Assembly (NCBI RefSeq): GCF_009914755.1
Contig: NC_060944.1
Source of the DNA: the human T2T-CHM13v2.0 reference genome, Homo sapiens
Strand: one strand, 5' to 3'
DNA: 64,000 nt
Made by a program: the position numbers and the translations under genes
In this document: positions 13,615-25,854 of the stretch, in pieces
Numbering within the stretch: position 1 is the stretch's first letter
How the letters are laid out: every line of letters begins with the position of its first letter
The notes under the pieces: model-generated
Told to the model about the DNA's origin: nothing
Seen by the model: only the letters and a program-made list of their open reading frames with translations
Database searches by the model: none

Positions 13615-15774
13615 ATGCCTGTGAAAGGAAAGGAGAGGAAGATGAAGTCAAGCCATGATGCAGGCTCACCAGAGTCCCAGCCAAGCTGACAAAGAGTTCT
13701 GGAACAAATATGGTTCATCCTGGAACCAAACTGCCAGGAATGTATACCACTGCCTCTGTGTCAGTGGATGTGGGCCTTCCAGGAAGGGTGTGATGTGGGC
13801 GAGGTAGCTCTCTGCAGCTGAGGCTGACCCAGCCCAGTGGAGCCAACAGCTTGAAGCCACCTGATGGCCACATCCCTCTGCAGCTGGACAGCAGATCCTT
13901 CCTTGCAGGGAGTTTGTGTGTCACCTCTCCATGCCTGCCACGTGTGCTTTACAGCCCTCTAGACAGAGTCATTCAGGACCTCTGAACACTCACAAACACT
14001 TAGGCAGGGGACAACATGTTAGGGGAGGTGGGGTGAGTGCTTGACAATTTTTTAACAAATGCTGTGACCTCCCAGTTCTCAGGCCAACTGTCCATCTGAG
14101 ACGGCTAACCTAGATCTGCCCACCAATGCTGGGGCCACCCAAACAGTAGGCACTTGGACTATGAATGAAAAGTTTCCATGGTCAAAATCACCCCCAAGAA
14201 AATGGGTTCCAGGAAGTGTCTAATCATCTGGAGGACATGGGAAGATCTAGGGGCCATTTAGGAGTTTCGACCAGCAATGATGAGCCACTCCCTTAGGGAT
14301 GTCAGTAGGCCTCCCACCTCTCATTCCCCTTCTGGGCTCTTCAGCCAAGAGCCCAAACCTGCTTCTGTCCAAGGTGCTACTTAGGCAGCTGAGAACCCCC
14401 TTTAGGGCCTTTTTGATACATAGGAGGAAGGAAAGAAGCAAACCATTTCCTGCAGATGCCCCGAGTTCTCCGTTGGGCAGAAGAACCATGGGCTAAACGC
14501 CTACTCTTTCTTTCATCCATTCAATGTTTGTTGAGTGCCTGTTTGTAGTGAACCAAGCAGATGAAGCCCCTCCCCTCATGAGCTTTACATTCCCTGGAAT
14601 ATATGGTGCATCAGACACAATGCTGGAGATTGCACGTGAAGTCAAATGGAATGACCCCAGCCTAGAAAGCAAACAATCTTATGAGTCAAAGCTCAAAATG
14701 AATCTGACTTCATAGGGCTCCTCTCGAGCAGATCCTTTCAATTCATTTTCCCTGGACTCTCGAGTCTGATGAAGTATGAGAATCTAGACGAGGCCGTGGA
14801 GCCTGCCTGGTGGCCTGCAAGCCAGCGCATCTGTGCTGTGCCACCCACCTCTGCTGGTAGTTAGAAGGACAAGGACAGCATGCCCCTAAAGCACCTCTGA
14901 GTGTCACCTGGAGGTGTTGGGCAAGAAGCTCCCATGACTGTGGCAGCCACAGACATGCATTCAAGCCCTTCTCCCGCTGCCTCTAGCAGTGAGGAAGGGA
15001 GCAACACCCTGGGACTCAAAGCGGCAGGGCTTTGAGGTGTCCATTGGAGCTGGCCTTGGTATCACAGTATTTTCTTCTCACGTAGGCTCAGGAGACATTG
15101 TCCATGACTTTTGTTTCAGGGAAGATCTGGAGAGGCAAATGGTCATGAAACCTCTGCTGTTGCAAACCAAGACTGCCTGCAGGAGGGCGGCTTGGGCTTT
15201 CTTTCTGAGGTCTGGAGCCAGGGACTGTTCCCAGTGGGGAAGTTTGCTGCCCACAATCTCTATCCTAAACCTCATATTCCCAGATCCCATCCCTAGCCCA
15301 TAAGTTTCTGCCTGTCACAGCAGCAATTATAAAAAGAGGGATTTAATAAAAAGAATAGTGGTGTCCCAGCAGGAATTTCCAGTCCACGGTTCAGACGAGG
15401 CGGCATGTTACATAATGAAAAGACTAAAGGGCCCTGGGACTTTCTTTTTGATCTCCAACTTCCAAGCCAGATCCTGGGGAGCTTAAAAACTCCTCTCATC
15501 TTATTTTAAATGATCTCATTTCAGGTTTTGTTGTGTTTTTGTTTTTTGTTTTTTTTTTCCTTCTTCACTTTAAATTGACTTCTCCTCCTAGCATTTCCAC
15601 GGAGCATCTACCTGGAAATTCGCAGGAAAGGAGTGTCAGCCTGTCCTAAAACATGTTTGGTACTAGTGGTGGGGAAAGATGGGGAAGAAGGTCACTAGTG
15701 GGGAGCCCACTTTCCAGCCCCAGCAGTGGGATGGGTAAGAGTCAGGCTGTCTACATCCAGGTTCCAACTTCATT

Positions 15775-16167
15775 GCTTTGTTAGTCTACTTGGGCTGCCA
15801 TAGCAAAGCACAGCAGAGTGGGTGGCTTACACAACAGAAATTTATTTTCTCACACTTCTGGAGGCTGGAAGTCTGAGATCAAGGTGTCAGGAGGGTTGCT
15901 GTCTTCTGGCTTTGCCTCCTCACCTTGCAGGTGCCGTCTTCCCCCTCCCCATGTCTTCACAGGCTCTTCCCTCTGTGCATGTATCCTAATTTCCTGTTCT
16001 TATAAGGACACCAGTCATATGGGATTAGGACCCACCCCTATGACCTCATTTTAACTTTAATTACTTCTTTAAAGGCCCTAGCTCCAAATACAGCTGCCTT
16101 CTGTGATACTAGGGGGTAAGACTTCAACATATGAATGTTGGGGGAGAGAGAATTCAGCCCGTGACAA
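15775..16167 (-). mobile_element. MLT1A/B-type MaLR LTR
   Basis: ggtggcttacacaacagaaatttatt...ggaggctggaagtctgagatcaaggtgtcag...ataaggacaccagtcatatgggattagg. Confidence 0.85.
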
Positions 16168-16169
16168 CC

Positions 16170-16310
16170 ATGTACCAACTAGGTGACCTTAACCAAGTGC
16201 TTTTTAAGCCTCTTGTGCCTCTGTTACCACATACGAAAAATGGGCACAGTGATAGTGCTTCCTAGTGGGATTGTTGTAAAGATTAAATGAGTTAATACCT
16301 CGTGAGTTAG
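16170..16310 (+). mobile_element. MIR fragment
   Basis: gtgaccttaaccaagt...ggattgttgtaaagattaaatgagttaata. Confidence 0.6.
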
Positions 16311-16599
16311 GTATGATCTAAAACAGTGTTGGGAACTGTTACTTCAGATGAAAGCTGAGCAAATTCTCAAGGCATAGCCCTTTCATGCTTATGATCCATG
16401 GGATCGAGGCATGCCCAACTTTGTCCTCAGATCCAGAAAGCTTGTGTGGCCAGTTATTTTTACTGTTGGAAAGTGCTGCGTTGTTCAGATTCCCACAAAC
16501 CAAACTGTAAAACCACGGCAGGGTGAACCACCAGGGCAGCCCAGAGCTCCAGCCAGCTACCCCACTTTGCTCCCCGAGTGCCCCACATCCCACCCTGCC

Positions 16600-17142
16600 T
16601 GATTACAGAGGCTTAAAATGTGACAGCAAATTATTTTATTCTCCTCCCTCCCATCAAAAAGTGGCATCTAATTACCCTTCTCTTGATAAGGAGCCAGCTC
16701 AGCAATTCCCTTACAGCAAATATGAGACATAAGTGATCTTGCATGGCTCCCAGGCTAGGTCAGAAAAAGCATTATGGCTTTCTCCTTGGTTTGCTCTCTC
16801 TCTTTTTCTTGGGACATTGATCTTTGGAGCTGGTAGCCACCATGAAGCAAGCCCAGCTACCTGAAGGCACCGTGCTGGAGAGACCATACATGGAGAGAGA
16901 TGCTCAGGGAGCCTCAGATGTTCTCTCCCCAACTGTTTGAATGTTTCCAGCTGGGAAGCCAGACTCAGAATATGTACTATGCATATGATTTCAGCCTGCA
17001 ATCCTCAAGCCACCCCAATCGATGCCAACTAGAGCAGAGATGAGCTTTCCCGTGGATCCATAGGATCTGTGATCATGAGAATGGTTGTTTTATGCTACCA
17101 CATGTTGGAGTAACTTTTTAAGCAACTGACATTACTGGAGCA
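16600..17142 (+). mobile_element. MLT1F/G/H-type MaLR LTR
   Basis: ctcctccctcccatcaaaaagtggcatctaat...ttgttttatgctaccacatgttggagtaac. Confidence 0.7.
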
Positions 17143-19169
17143 TAGATACATAGATAAAATCCAGCCACTCTCAGACAAGGCAATGTGGGTGCTTCTCAAG
17201 GCCCCTAAACAAGGAAGTGCCTCCAGCTCCTCCCTTTGGTGCATTGAGTTGTAGATCTATGATTATGAGCTCTACATCCTTTTTTATTAGTATACGTTGT
17301 ATGTATGTTATTAAAAACTGCCAGAAGGAACTTCTGTTTGTTGGTGAATGACAGCTGATAGGGTCTTAAAAGAAGACCAAGTCTGATTATGAGATGGCCG
17401 TGCGGGTAAAAAGTGATGTGTACAGATTAAACTATGGCAAGGGAAAATCTTGGCTGAGGGGAAAGTTTATCAAGAAACAGGTTTGGGGGATACCTATGGT
17501 TTTAAGATACTTTATTCTGCAGGGAAAAAATCTCCTATGACTCACCAAAAGGGTCACAAGACCACCCACCTTGGCCCACCAACCCTCTTTTGCATTTTCA
17601 GAGGAACTGGACCACTTTTTTCCTTGGCTGACTCACTCCACAGTCTCCAGTGTTAATTTAGACATCCCATCAGTCTATCTAGCCTGAGGGTCTCCCAGCA
17701 CAAAGAGGCTATCATCCTGCAAATCCACCCATGACACCTTTACTAGTTAGGCAGATCTTTTTATCAGGGCAGCTTCCAGCATGTTAGAAATAAGATTAAA
17801 CGATTACTCTTTTTCCTTTGGAATAAAAGAAATGATGATTGGGGAGTCTTAAGTGTCTGTGTGTTGTCAATCTTTTTTGGGGGGGAAAGCTTGAAGAGAT
17901 AACGATTGTATTCAAGCATCTCAAATTCAAGGCTCTTTCAAAACCAGTATATTCTGCAGTGCTCTGCAAGGAGAAACATTACAGAGGGTGAGAGATTAGG
18001 CGTTATTAAGAGAAAGAAGCTGAAAGAGGAAGAAATGACCTTGCCAGACCCTCAGCAGTTTGACATTAAAGCTTGGCAACAAAGCAGAAGTTCACCAGGG
18101 AGCAAACAGCTGGAATATTCACACCAGTTGTCCTAGCTGTCACTGGGACACTAGCACATTCTTGGGGAAATCCAGATAAGGCCCCACCTGCTGGGACATT
18201 AGCAGGTCTTCTGTCTTGTGTTTACAGAGCAGCTGGATGATTAACGCATGTGTTGCTTACCTGAGAAATGGAATTTGAGCTTCTGTCCTGGGAGAGAGAT
18301 GAGAAAGGAGAGAATATCTGTGGGGCTGGATGAGGCAATAACTCTGGCCTCATTTGCAGTCTGCCTTGCAAAGACAGAGAGGGAGAGAATGATGGGGTTC
18401 ACCAGCTCTCATTGCATTTACCAGAAAAAAATGTTTGCAAAGCCCAGACATTTTTCAAGGGACCTGAGTTTTCTGCAGAATGAAAATATTACTAACTCTG
18501 AAAAGGCTTCTTACTAGAAAAGTAAAACTCTCCAAGCTGCCAGATTCTTTTTGGAATGAGTTTGATGTGAAAGGTGCCTTAAGATCATCTATTTTCTCTT
18601 TAGTGGCCATGGAGAGTTCATTTTCTAGACTCTGCGCCCACACCATTTGCAGGTAACAAAAGGAGGCAAATAGCATAATTTCCAGCAAACACAAAAGTAA
18701 AACACTGAACTTCCTGTTCTTAAGAATTCTTCCTGATTAACATCTCCCCATCTGTGCCTTCCTCTTTGTGCAGCAGTCATGCAGGATGCTTGAGTGGATC
18801 TCCAGAGACTGACATTATCAAACCAATGACTCAAAGCAGGCTCATTTCTCCCTATGTCTCTTAGCTCCTTGATGGTTACCCTGACTCATCCCCTCAACAG
18901 TAACCCCTTAGCCCTTAGACCTAACTTCCTCAGAAGTAGATTTGTAGAAGGGTTGTTGGTTGGTTTGTTTAGTTGTTTTTAACTAAAGATACTTAATACT
19001 GTTCCCCTAGGAACCCTCTTGACCCTCTTGGTTAGAGTGTGTTGGTTCTCATCCCCTCGGGAATTTCCAAATGCATTCAGTAGATGTTCCTTTTTTGTAG
19101 AATTCATGTCCCTTAGGTATGTCCCTGGTATCTTTTTACTTCTAGACCAATGTCTCTCCCATTTTATCA

Positions 19170-19275
19170 TGCACATGGATCACTGGGGATCGGGTTAAAA
19201 TGCAGATTCTAATTTGAAAGGACTGGGATGGGGCCTGAGATTCTGCATGGTTCCAGGTATGGCAGCTCCTGGGTT
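19170..19275. mobile_element. MER5A (hAT-Charlie) fragment
   Basis: gttaaaatgcagattct...ggggcctgagattctgcat. Confidence 0.7.
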
Positions 19276-20254
19276 CTGCTGCTGCTGCTGTACCCAGAAC
19301 CACATGAAAGAACAACCTGTTGGACGTATCCAGTCTTCTGCTCTTTCCGTCTTCCCTGGAACCCCTGGCTCCACCATTTCTCCTCAGAAATGCTCCTCTT
19401 AGCTGTTATGTTTGTGAAAGATCATTACTAGGAGGCATTAAAGCCCAGAAATGCCAAATCTCCTGGTTGCCAATGCAGATCTGTCATGCTCATCAGCCCC
19501 TGCCCACCCCACTTTAAATATGGATTGAGCTCCTCCCCTGTGCCAACATCAGGCAAGATGCAGGGAGGTGATGGGTTCTGAGGAGCTCTCCTTAGGGAGT
19601 TTTTGTGCACTTGCAGAGTCAGGGACCCAGAAAGAAAACCAGATGAGAGAGCAAGAAGTAAAGGACTTCAGTGCATGATTGCACTAAACCAGTGCCACGA
19701 ACCTTCAGGAACTTGAAAGGAGACTGGGGATGGAACAATCAGAGGCTTGGTGCAGAAAAAGAAACTGGAGCTGGGTTCTAAGATGTATGGAGAAGGAAGC
19801 AATGTGGAGACCAGAGTGAACTCAGGCTCACTGGAGGAATGAGCATGGGGCTGTTAAGGGCTAACCTGTGGAGAGCTCAAAGTCTATGGAGAAGGAGAAA
19901 ACCAAGATATTATGGCTGGGTCATTTCTAGAGTATCCTTTAGTGAGCTGGTAAAAGTGTTTAGTGATAGTTCTCTGCTTGTCATCAAACTAGTGCTATAA
20001 TTCACACCCTTTGAGGTTGAGTTTCTGATCAGAAAGAGCTGAAAAAGGAAAAATATATTTCAGGGAGCATGGTTCAACACATTTTCACTCTCATTCTTGG
20101 AGTCTGTGTCGACTTTTGAGAAGGTCATTCACAACACACCATGCTTTGGGCTAAACTGGGGAATAGAGTATCTGAAAATAAACTTAACATTCCAACCATG
20201 CTAAATTATTTTCCAACCCTGGAGCATACAGGTGAGTTCAGATGAGTTCAGTTG

Positions 20255-20660
20255 TGTATTAGCCCATTTGTGTTGCTATAAAAGAAATACCTGAGGCTGG
20301 GTAATTTACAAAGAAAGTAAGTTTATTTGGCTGTCAGTTCTGCAGGCTATACAAGAAGCATGGCACCAGCATCTGCTTGTGGTGAGGGCTTCAAGGAACT
20401 TCCACTCATGGAGGAAGGAGAAGGAGGAGCAGGCATATCCCATGTCAAGAGAGGGAGCAAGAGAGAAGGAAGGAAGATGCCAGGCTCTTTAAACAGTCAG
20501 CTCTCGTGTGAACTAATAAAGTGAGACTCACTCATTATTGGGGGTGGCACCAAGCCATCTGCCCCTATGACCCAAACACCTCCCACTTGGTCCCACCTCC
20601 AACACTGGAGATCAAATTTCAACATGAGATTTAGAGGAGACAAATATCCAAACCATAACA
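20255..20660 (-). mobile_element. MST (MaLR) solo LTR, full length
   Basis: TGTATTAG...tccaaaccataACA termini; 5-bp TSD AGTTG/AGTTC. Confidence 0.88.
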
Positions 20661-21074
20661 AGTTCTAACTGTTTTTTGTTTTTTGCTTGGTTTTATTTTT
20701 TAAACAAAAAAAGCTATCAAATACAGTGACTTGAATTCAGAGTCTTTAATTGAACAAGTGGCTCCCATGGGCTCTGGACATTGAAAAAGCCAGCACTGCA
20801 GGCCCATGTGTCTATTGCCTATTTATCAAGATGGCGGCAAGTCTAATGCCATAAATGCTTTCTCAAAATGAATGGCTCTTGGCAGTTGAGAATTTTGTGT
20901 GCTCACCACCAGCAGCAAGCATGCTCAGCTCTGAAACAGGAGCTGCAAAGGACCATCAAGGCTGTGGCTAGTTTGCAAAGGCTTACCTTTCCAGTAGCTT
21001 TAGATTTTTATATTAGTAATGTCTATTAGAGGTTCAGAATGTATTGGGGTTGGCCAGCACAATGCCATCTAGAA

Positions 21075-21280
21075 TTCTGCTGTCCAGAATGGTAACCACT
21101 AGCCACATATGGCCACCCAAACTTAAATTAATTATTTTTTAATTAAAAATTAATTTCCTCAGTCACACCAGTTATATTTCAAGTGCTCAATAACCATATG
21201 TGTTTAGTGGCTACCATATTGGACAGCACAAGTTATAGACTATTTTCACATCACAGAAAGTTCTATTGAGCAGCTGCTCT
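21075..21280. mobile_element. MER3 DNA transposon fossil
   Basis: gctgtccagaatggtaaccactagccacatatgg...tagtggctaccatattggacagcac internal inverted arms. Confidence 0.8.
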
Positions 21281-21942
21281 AGAAACTAATCACATACATT
21301 GTCTTAATATCCAGTGGTGGGTGGAGAATGGGCCTGCCAGGGTATGAGCGAAACATCTGTGGATGAAGAGCAAATATGTGTCCCTAGGAAGAAAGACCAC
21401 ACCAGTATGATACCAGGTGGACTAAGCTACATACCAACAGCACAAACACTTGGTGGCCAGCCACATCCCTGAGACTCAGGAAGAAGAGGGGGAATTGAAG
21501 AGCATGCTTTCTTCTCCACAAAAGCCTCCTTTTCCTGAACTGGCCTGACAACTCCTTCTCTTATCACAAGCCAAGGCACACCCCTTTCTCAAAAGAGCCA
21601 AGGCCTCCAGAAATCTTTTCAGATCTCACCTCCTATTACTATACTTTGCTTCAAGAACTTACTTGCTTTGTCTGGGTACTTCTAAGCTATTGTTTTCAAG
21701 TATTTTACCTGTCACCTGCGTTTCTTCTCAGTCCCTTCTCTCTGATGTTTTGATTGGACTCCCTGCTTGGTTTGATCTTGCCTTGGCCTCTAAAGGTCAT
21801 TTTTCCAAAGTCACTCAGTGACAGCTCTGTAGGCAAGTATCCTGGAACCCAGCATTCTAGAACTCAGGCCTAGAATAGTTCCTGAGATGCCCACTTATCT
21901 GGGAAGGAAATGCACACATAGTGGCAGTATCAAAATAAAGTT

Positions 21943-22280
21943 GTATGTATGAGACAGCTATTGCTGTGTAACAAAAAGCACCTGAATCTCAGTTGCACAC
22001 AAGAACGAACATTTATTTCTCACATGTCTTTCATTCTGGGGCCCAGGACAAAATAGCAGCGGCTACTCAAGGGGAAGTCTTCTCATGGTGATGGCAAAAA
22101 TACAAAAGGAAAAGTGAACTATGCCAGGCCTCCTAATTTTAGGCTCAGAGCTGGCAAACCATCACTTCCACTCTCCTTCAGTGTCCAAAGTAAGTCACAT
22201 CAGCATGCTCAAAATCAAGGGGCTGGGAATCACATTCTACACTTTACAGGAAAAATTATATAGTTACTGAAATAGGGTGT
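21943..22280 (-). mobile_element. Old MLT1 (I/J/K-like) LTR
   Basis: gctattgctgtgtaacaa...catcacttccac...aaagtaagtcacat. Confidence 0.6.
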
Positions 22281-22391
22281 GAGTTCACACTGTGCATGAC
22301 CACTTATTTAGATCTTGGGAAGAGGAAGTGAGCAGGCAGTCAGTCATACAGCTCCCACTCATTGAGTTCTGATTTTGTGGATGAGTCTACA

Positions 22392-22815
22392 TATTATCAT
22401 TTATCTATTGCTATGTCACAAACTATTCCAAGATTTATTGACTTAAAACAACAAATTTTATATAGCTCATAATTTTTCGGGTCAGCAATTTGAGCTCAAC
22501 CCAATGGAATGGTTCTTATGATCTGGGCTGATCCTGGCTGGGTTTGTTTAAATGTTTCAGGCTGGGAAGGCTGCACCTCACATTCTCCAGCAGGCTATCC
22601 CAGGCTTGTTCACACAGTGTAGTGGAGAAGTTCTTGTCATAAGAGTGGATGCTCAAGCCCTTTTAAAACCTAGGCTTGGAACTGAAGCCCCATTACTTCT
22701 ATTGCATCCTATGAATTAAAGCAAGATAACAGATTCAAAAGAGGAATTGGGGAATAGACTCCACCTCTTGATGGAATGATGATCAAAGAATCTCAGATTC
22801 TTGTTTTGCAATCTA
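22392..22815 (-). mobile_element. Old MLT1 LTR
   Basis: tatctattgctatgtcacaaactattccaagatt...ttaaaacaacaa...aatagactccacctcttgatgga. Confidence 0.65.
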
Positions 22816-25466
22816 CTAGATGAATCAAGGATATATATTCCATTACTGGAAATAACATTATAAGGCTTGGTCCCCATCCAAAATTTACCATATAGAGGCA
22901 ACTTGAGTGACACATATTAAGTGCAGATAGAGTTTGGAAGATGTATTTCCTTCCTCAGTTACTCCCTATACAGTGGGACATCTTTGCTTGCCCTGTCTTG
23001 ATGAGACAATGTCAAAAGTATGTTGAAGTTATATAATATACTATGATGGCAGCCAGTTATTGCCAACTCAATATCATACCAGCAATTCACTGGGAAAATT
23101 CACTGGGTCTGAATTTACTAAGAAAATCCCCATGTATGTCCATCGTCAGTATTACCACCTGTCAGTTCTTTTCTAAGGGATGGAGTTGCAGCTGCTAATA
23201 ACAGCTGTCAATAACAGCTGCAATCATAACCCTAAATCCAAGTTTCTATAGTTTCATTCTTTCTGGGAGCCAAAATGACTGCAAACATATATTTTGTCAT
23301 TTATTCCTACTGAGGTATGTTTATTCAGAAACAGTTGGGCACAAGTGAATGCAAGTAATAACTCCCTAAATATATATATATCTTTCCCTGAAGTCCCAGT
23401 TTCCCATTTCATCCCATCAAGAGTGTTAATGCAACACTTTCTCTTACTTCAGGCATTGTAAATCTATTCATCTGATTCACGTTTCTTTTGGATTGTTCCT
23501 TTCTCCACCTTTATTGAATTCTATTTTTCTTCCTATTTATCTAGGGGCATAGTTTATTCATTTTTCCTGAGTTTAGCCCACCTGACTATGGCTTTATAGC
23601 CTGTTTGTGAATTGGTTTAGTAATAATTATTATATTTTAATATTATTTGGATTCATAAAACATTAATTTTCAACTTACAGTAGTCACTAAGTCCAATCAA
23701 AATCCATCAGAATTCAGATAGAAAGGAAACCACATTCCAAGCTCTATAGTAAGACTTGACATGATCCTGCTCATCTTTATGTCAGTCCAGAAAGAAATGC
23801 ATTATTACTTCCATGTTTCAGCTGAGAAATCTGAGGCTCAGATCAGGGAAGTACCTTTTCTATGTTCCAGGATAGGCATGAAGCAGACCAAGAATATTCT
23901 TATCATTTTTCCTGATGATGAAACTGTGATGTAAGTTACATATAGAGAAAGAAATTCCAATATTTTTCTAAAAGACACTTATTTTTGTACATTGTTATTG
24001 AAGGTGACAGAAAAGGGTGTTGAGTTGAACAGAATAAAATCCACCTTCAGAGTAACTATGCAACTTATTTCAAGAGTAGGTGAATATTTCTTGGTCCTAT
24101 TCTCCTGGGTTCTAAGTAGTTCTTCCCAGGAAAACATAAGAGAGATTACGTTTAAGTAGTTAGTGCTTCCTTGTAAATGTATAGTCCTTAATGCTGGTGC
24201 TCTGTTTCTACCACAGCCTGAAAAATATAAAATAACTCTAGTGGCTTTGCTCCATCTCATAAGCATCCTTATCACCAAGTACCAGGAGTAAGAATGAGCA
24301 GTGTAGATGTGGAGGAAAAACATTTGTTTTCATGATCTTAGTCCCCCAGTTCTACTGAAAAGGCCTTGGGTATTTTGATTACTGACAATATACCTATTTG
24401 ATCATTCCTCATCCCTTGCAAAATGAATATGGGCTGTCACGTAGAGCCAGTTGAATACTGTGAAAAGATCACAGTGGAAAGTCTTAAGGGCGACCTTGGA
24501 CAAGAACCTGGATTCCTGCTTCTAACTGAAAACATCCTACAAGGTTATACAAACTGGTAGGAAATGGCTGACCTACTGGAGATCTGCAGATTGATCAGGA
24601 GTGAAGCCACTTAGAGCGTATCAGATTCTCTTGTTATCTGCAAAGCAGGAGTGAGTCATTTCATTGAGCTGTTGGCATGCAACAGGAACTTAGGAAAGAT
24701 CTGACGAAGTGAAAGTATCCATTTGGGACCCATTCTATTCAAATATGTGCCTACCCTCAAGATGCATGTATCTGTCTGTGTTGTTTCTTAGAAATGGTAC
24801 AACCGCACATAAGCCATTCTTCCCAACCACTATCTTCTTCATTTTAACATGTAAAAATATTGTTATTCCATTATGTCTAAATTCTTCATTTTCTTGACTC
24901 TCCTACTATCTCCATAGTATTTCCACATGTAAGATGTAGGCTTTTGTGAGAAAAAGAGAATTCCTTTAATTTGTTTCAGCACTCATTAACCTAACGTGAT
25001 TCTTGACCATTCTACATGGAAGTCTACTTACACTTTCCATGGACACAAAGGAACCTTGATTCTTATATTTACTTGGCAGATGGACTGAGGATGGGGGGAA
25101 AAAAAGGCACAGAATGAAAACAAGTAAATATTCTGGGGTTCAGGGAGATTATGATAAAATAAATAAAGGAACAACAAGCTGTAAGAAGAAAAGAAAAGAA
25201 TAAGTCATGCCTGATCAACATTATTTTAATTGTTCCACTACATTAATTAATGGAAGGAGGAACACCATGGTGCCCACCCTTGAGAAGAATGTTCTGTTGA
25301 GTGATTTGTGAAACATTTAACTATCACATTCATTGAACAAGTATAAACACAGAGTAGTAATAAGTGACAAGGATTCTATAAGGAGATGTATATTAGCACA
25401 GGTAGGAGCAAATTTGAAGTAATTTCGAGGAAAATGTAAATCAGTCACTGAGAAGAAAATACCCTC

Positions 25467-25828
<362 letters not shown>

Positions 25829-25854
25829 TCACTGATGAGTAGAGAGAGCATCAG

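Larger units (their letters stand above)
12790..13940 (-). mobile_element. LTR16-like ERVL LTR, split by the MST/MLT2 composite
   Basis: gttgggttctctggaagcagac...gagtgcaagatattt...atcaatacc | tgtgaaagg... reads continuously across the insertion. Confidence 0.6.
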
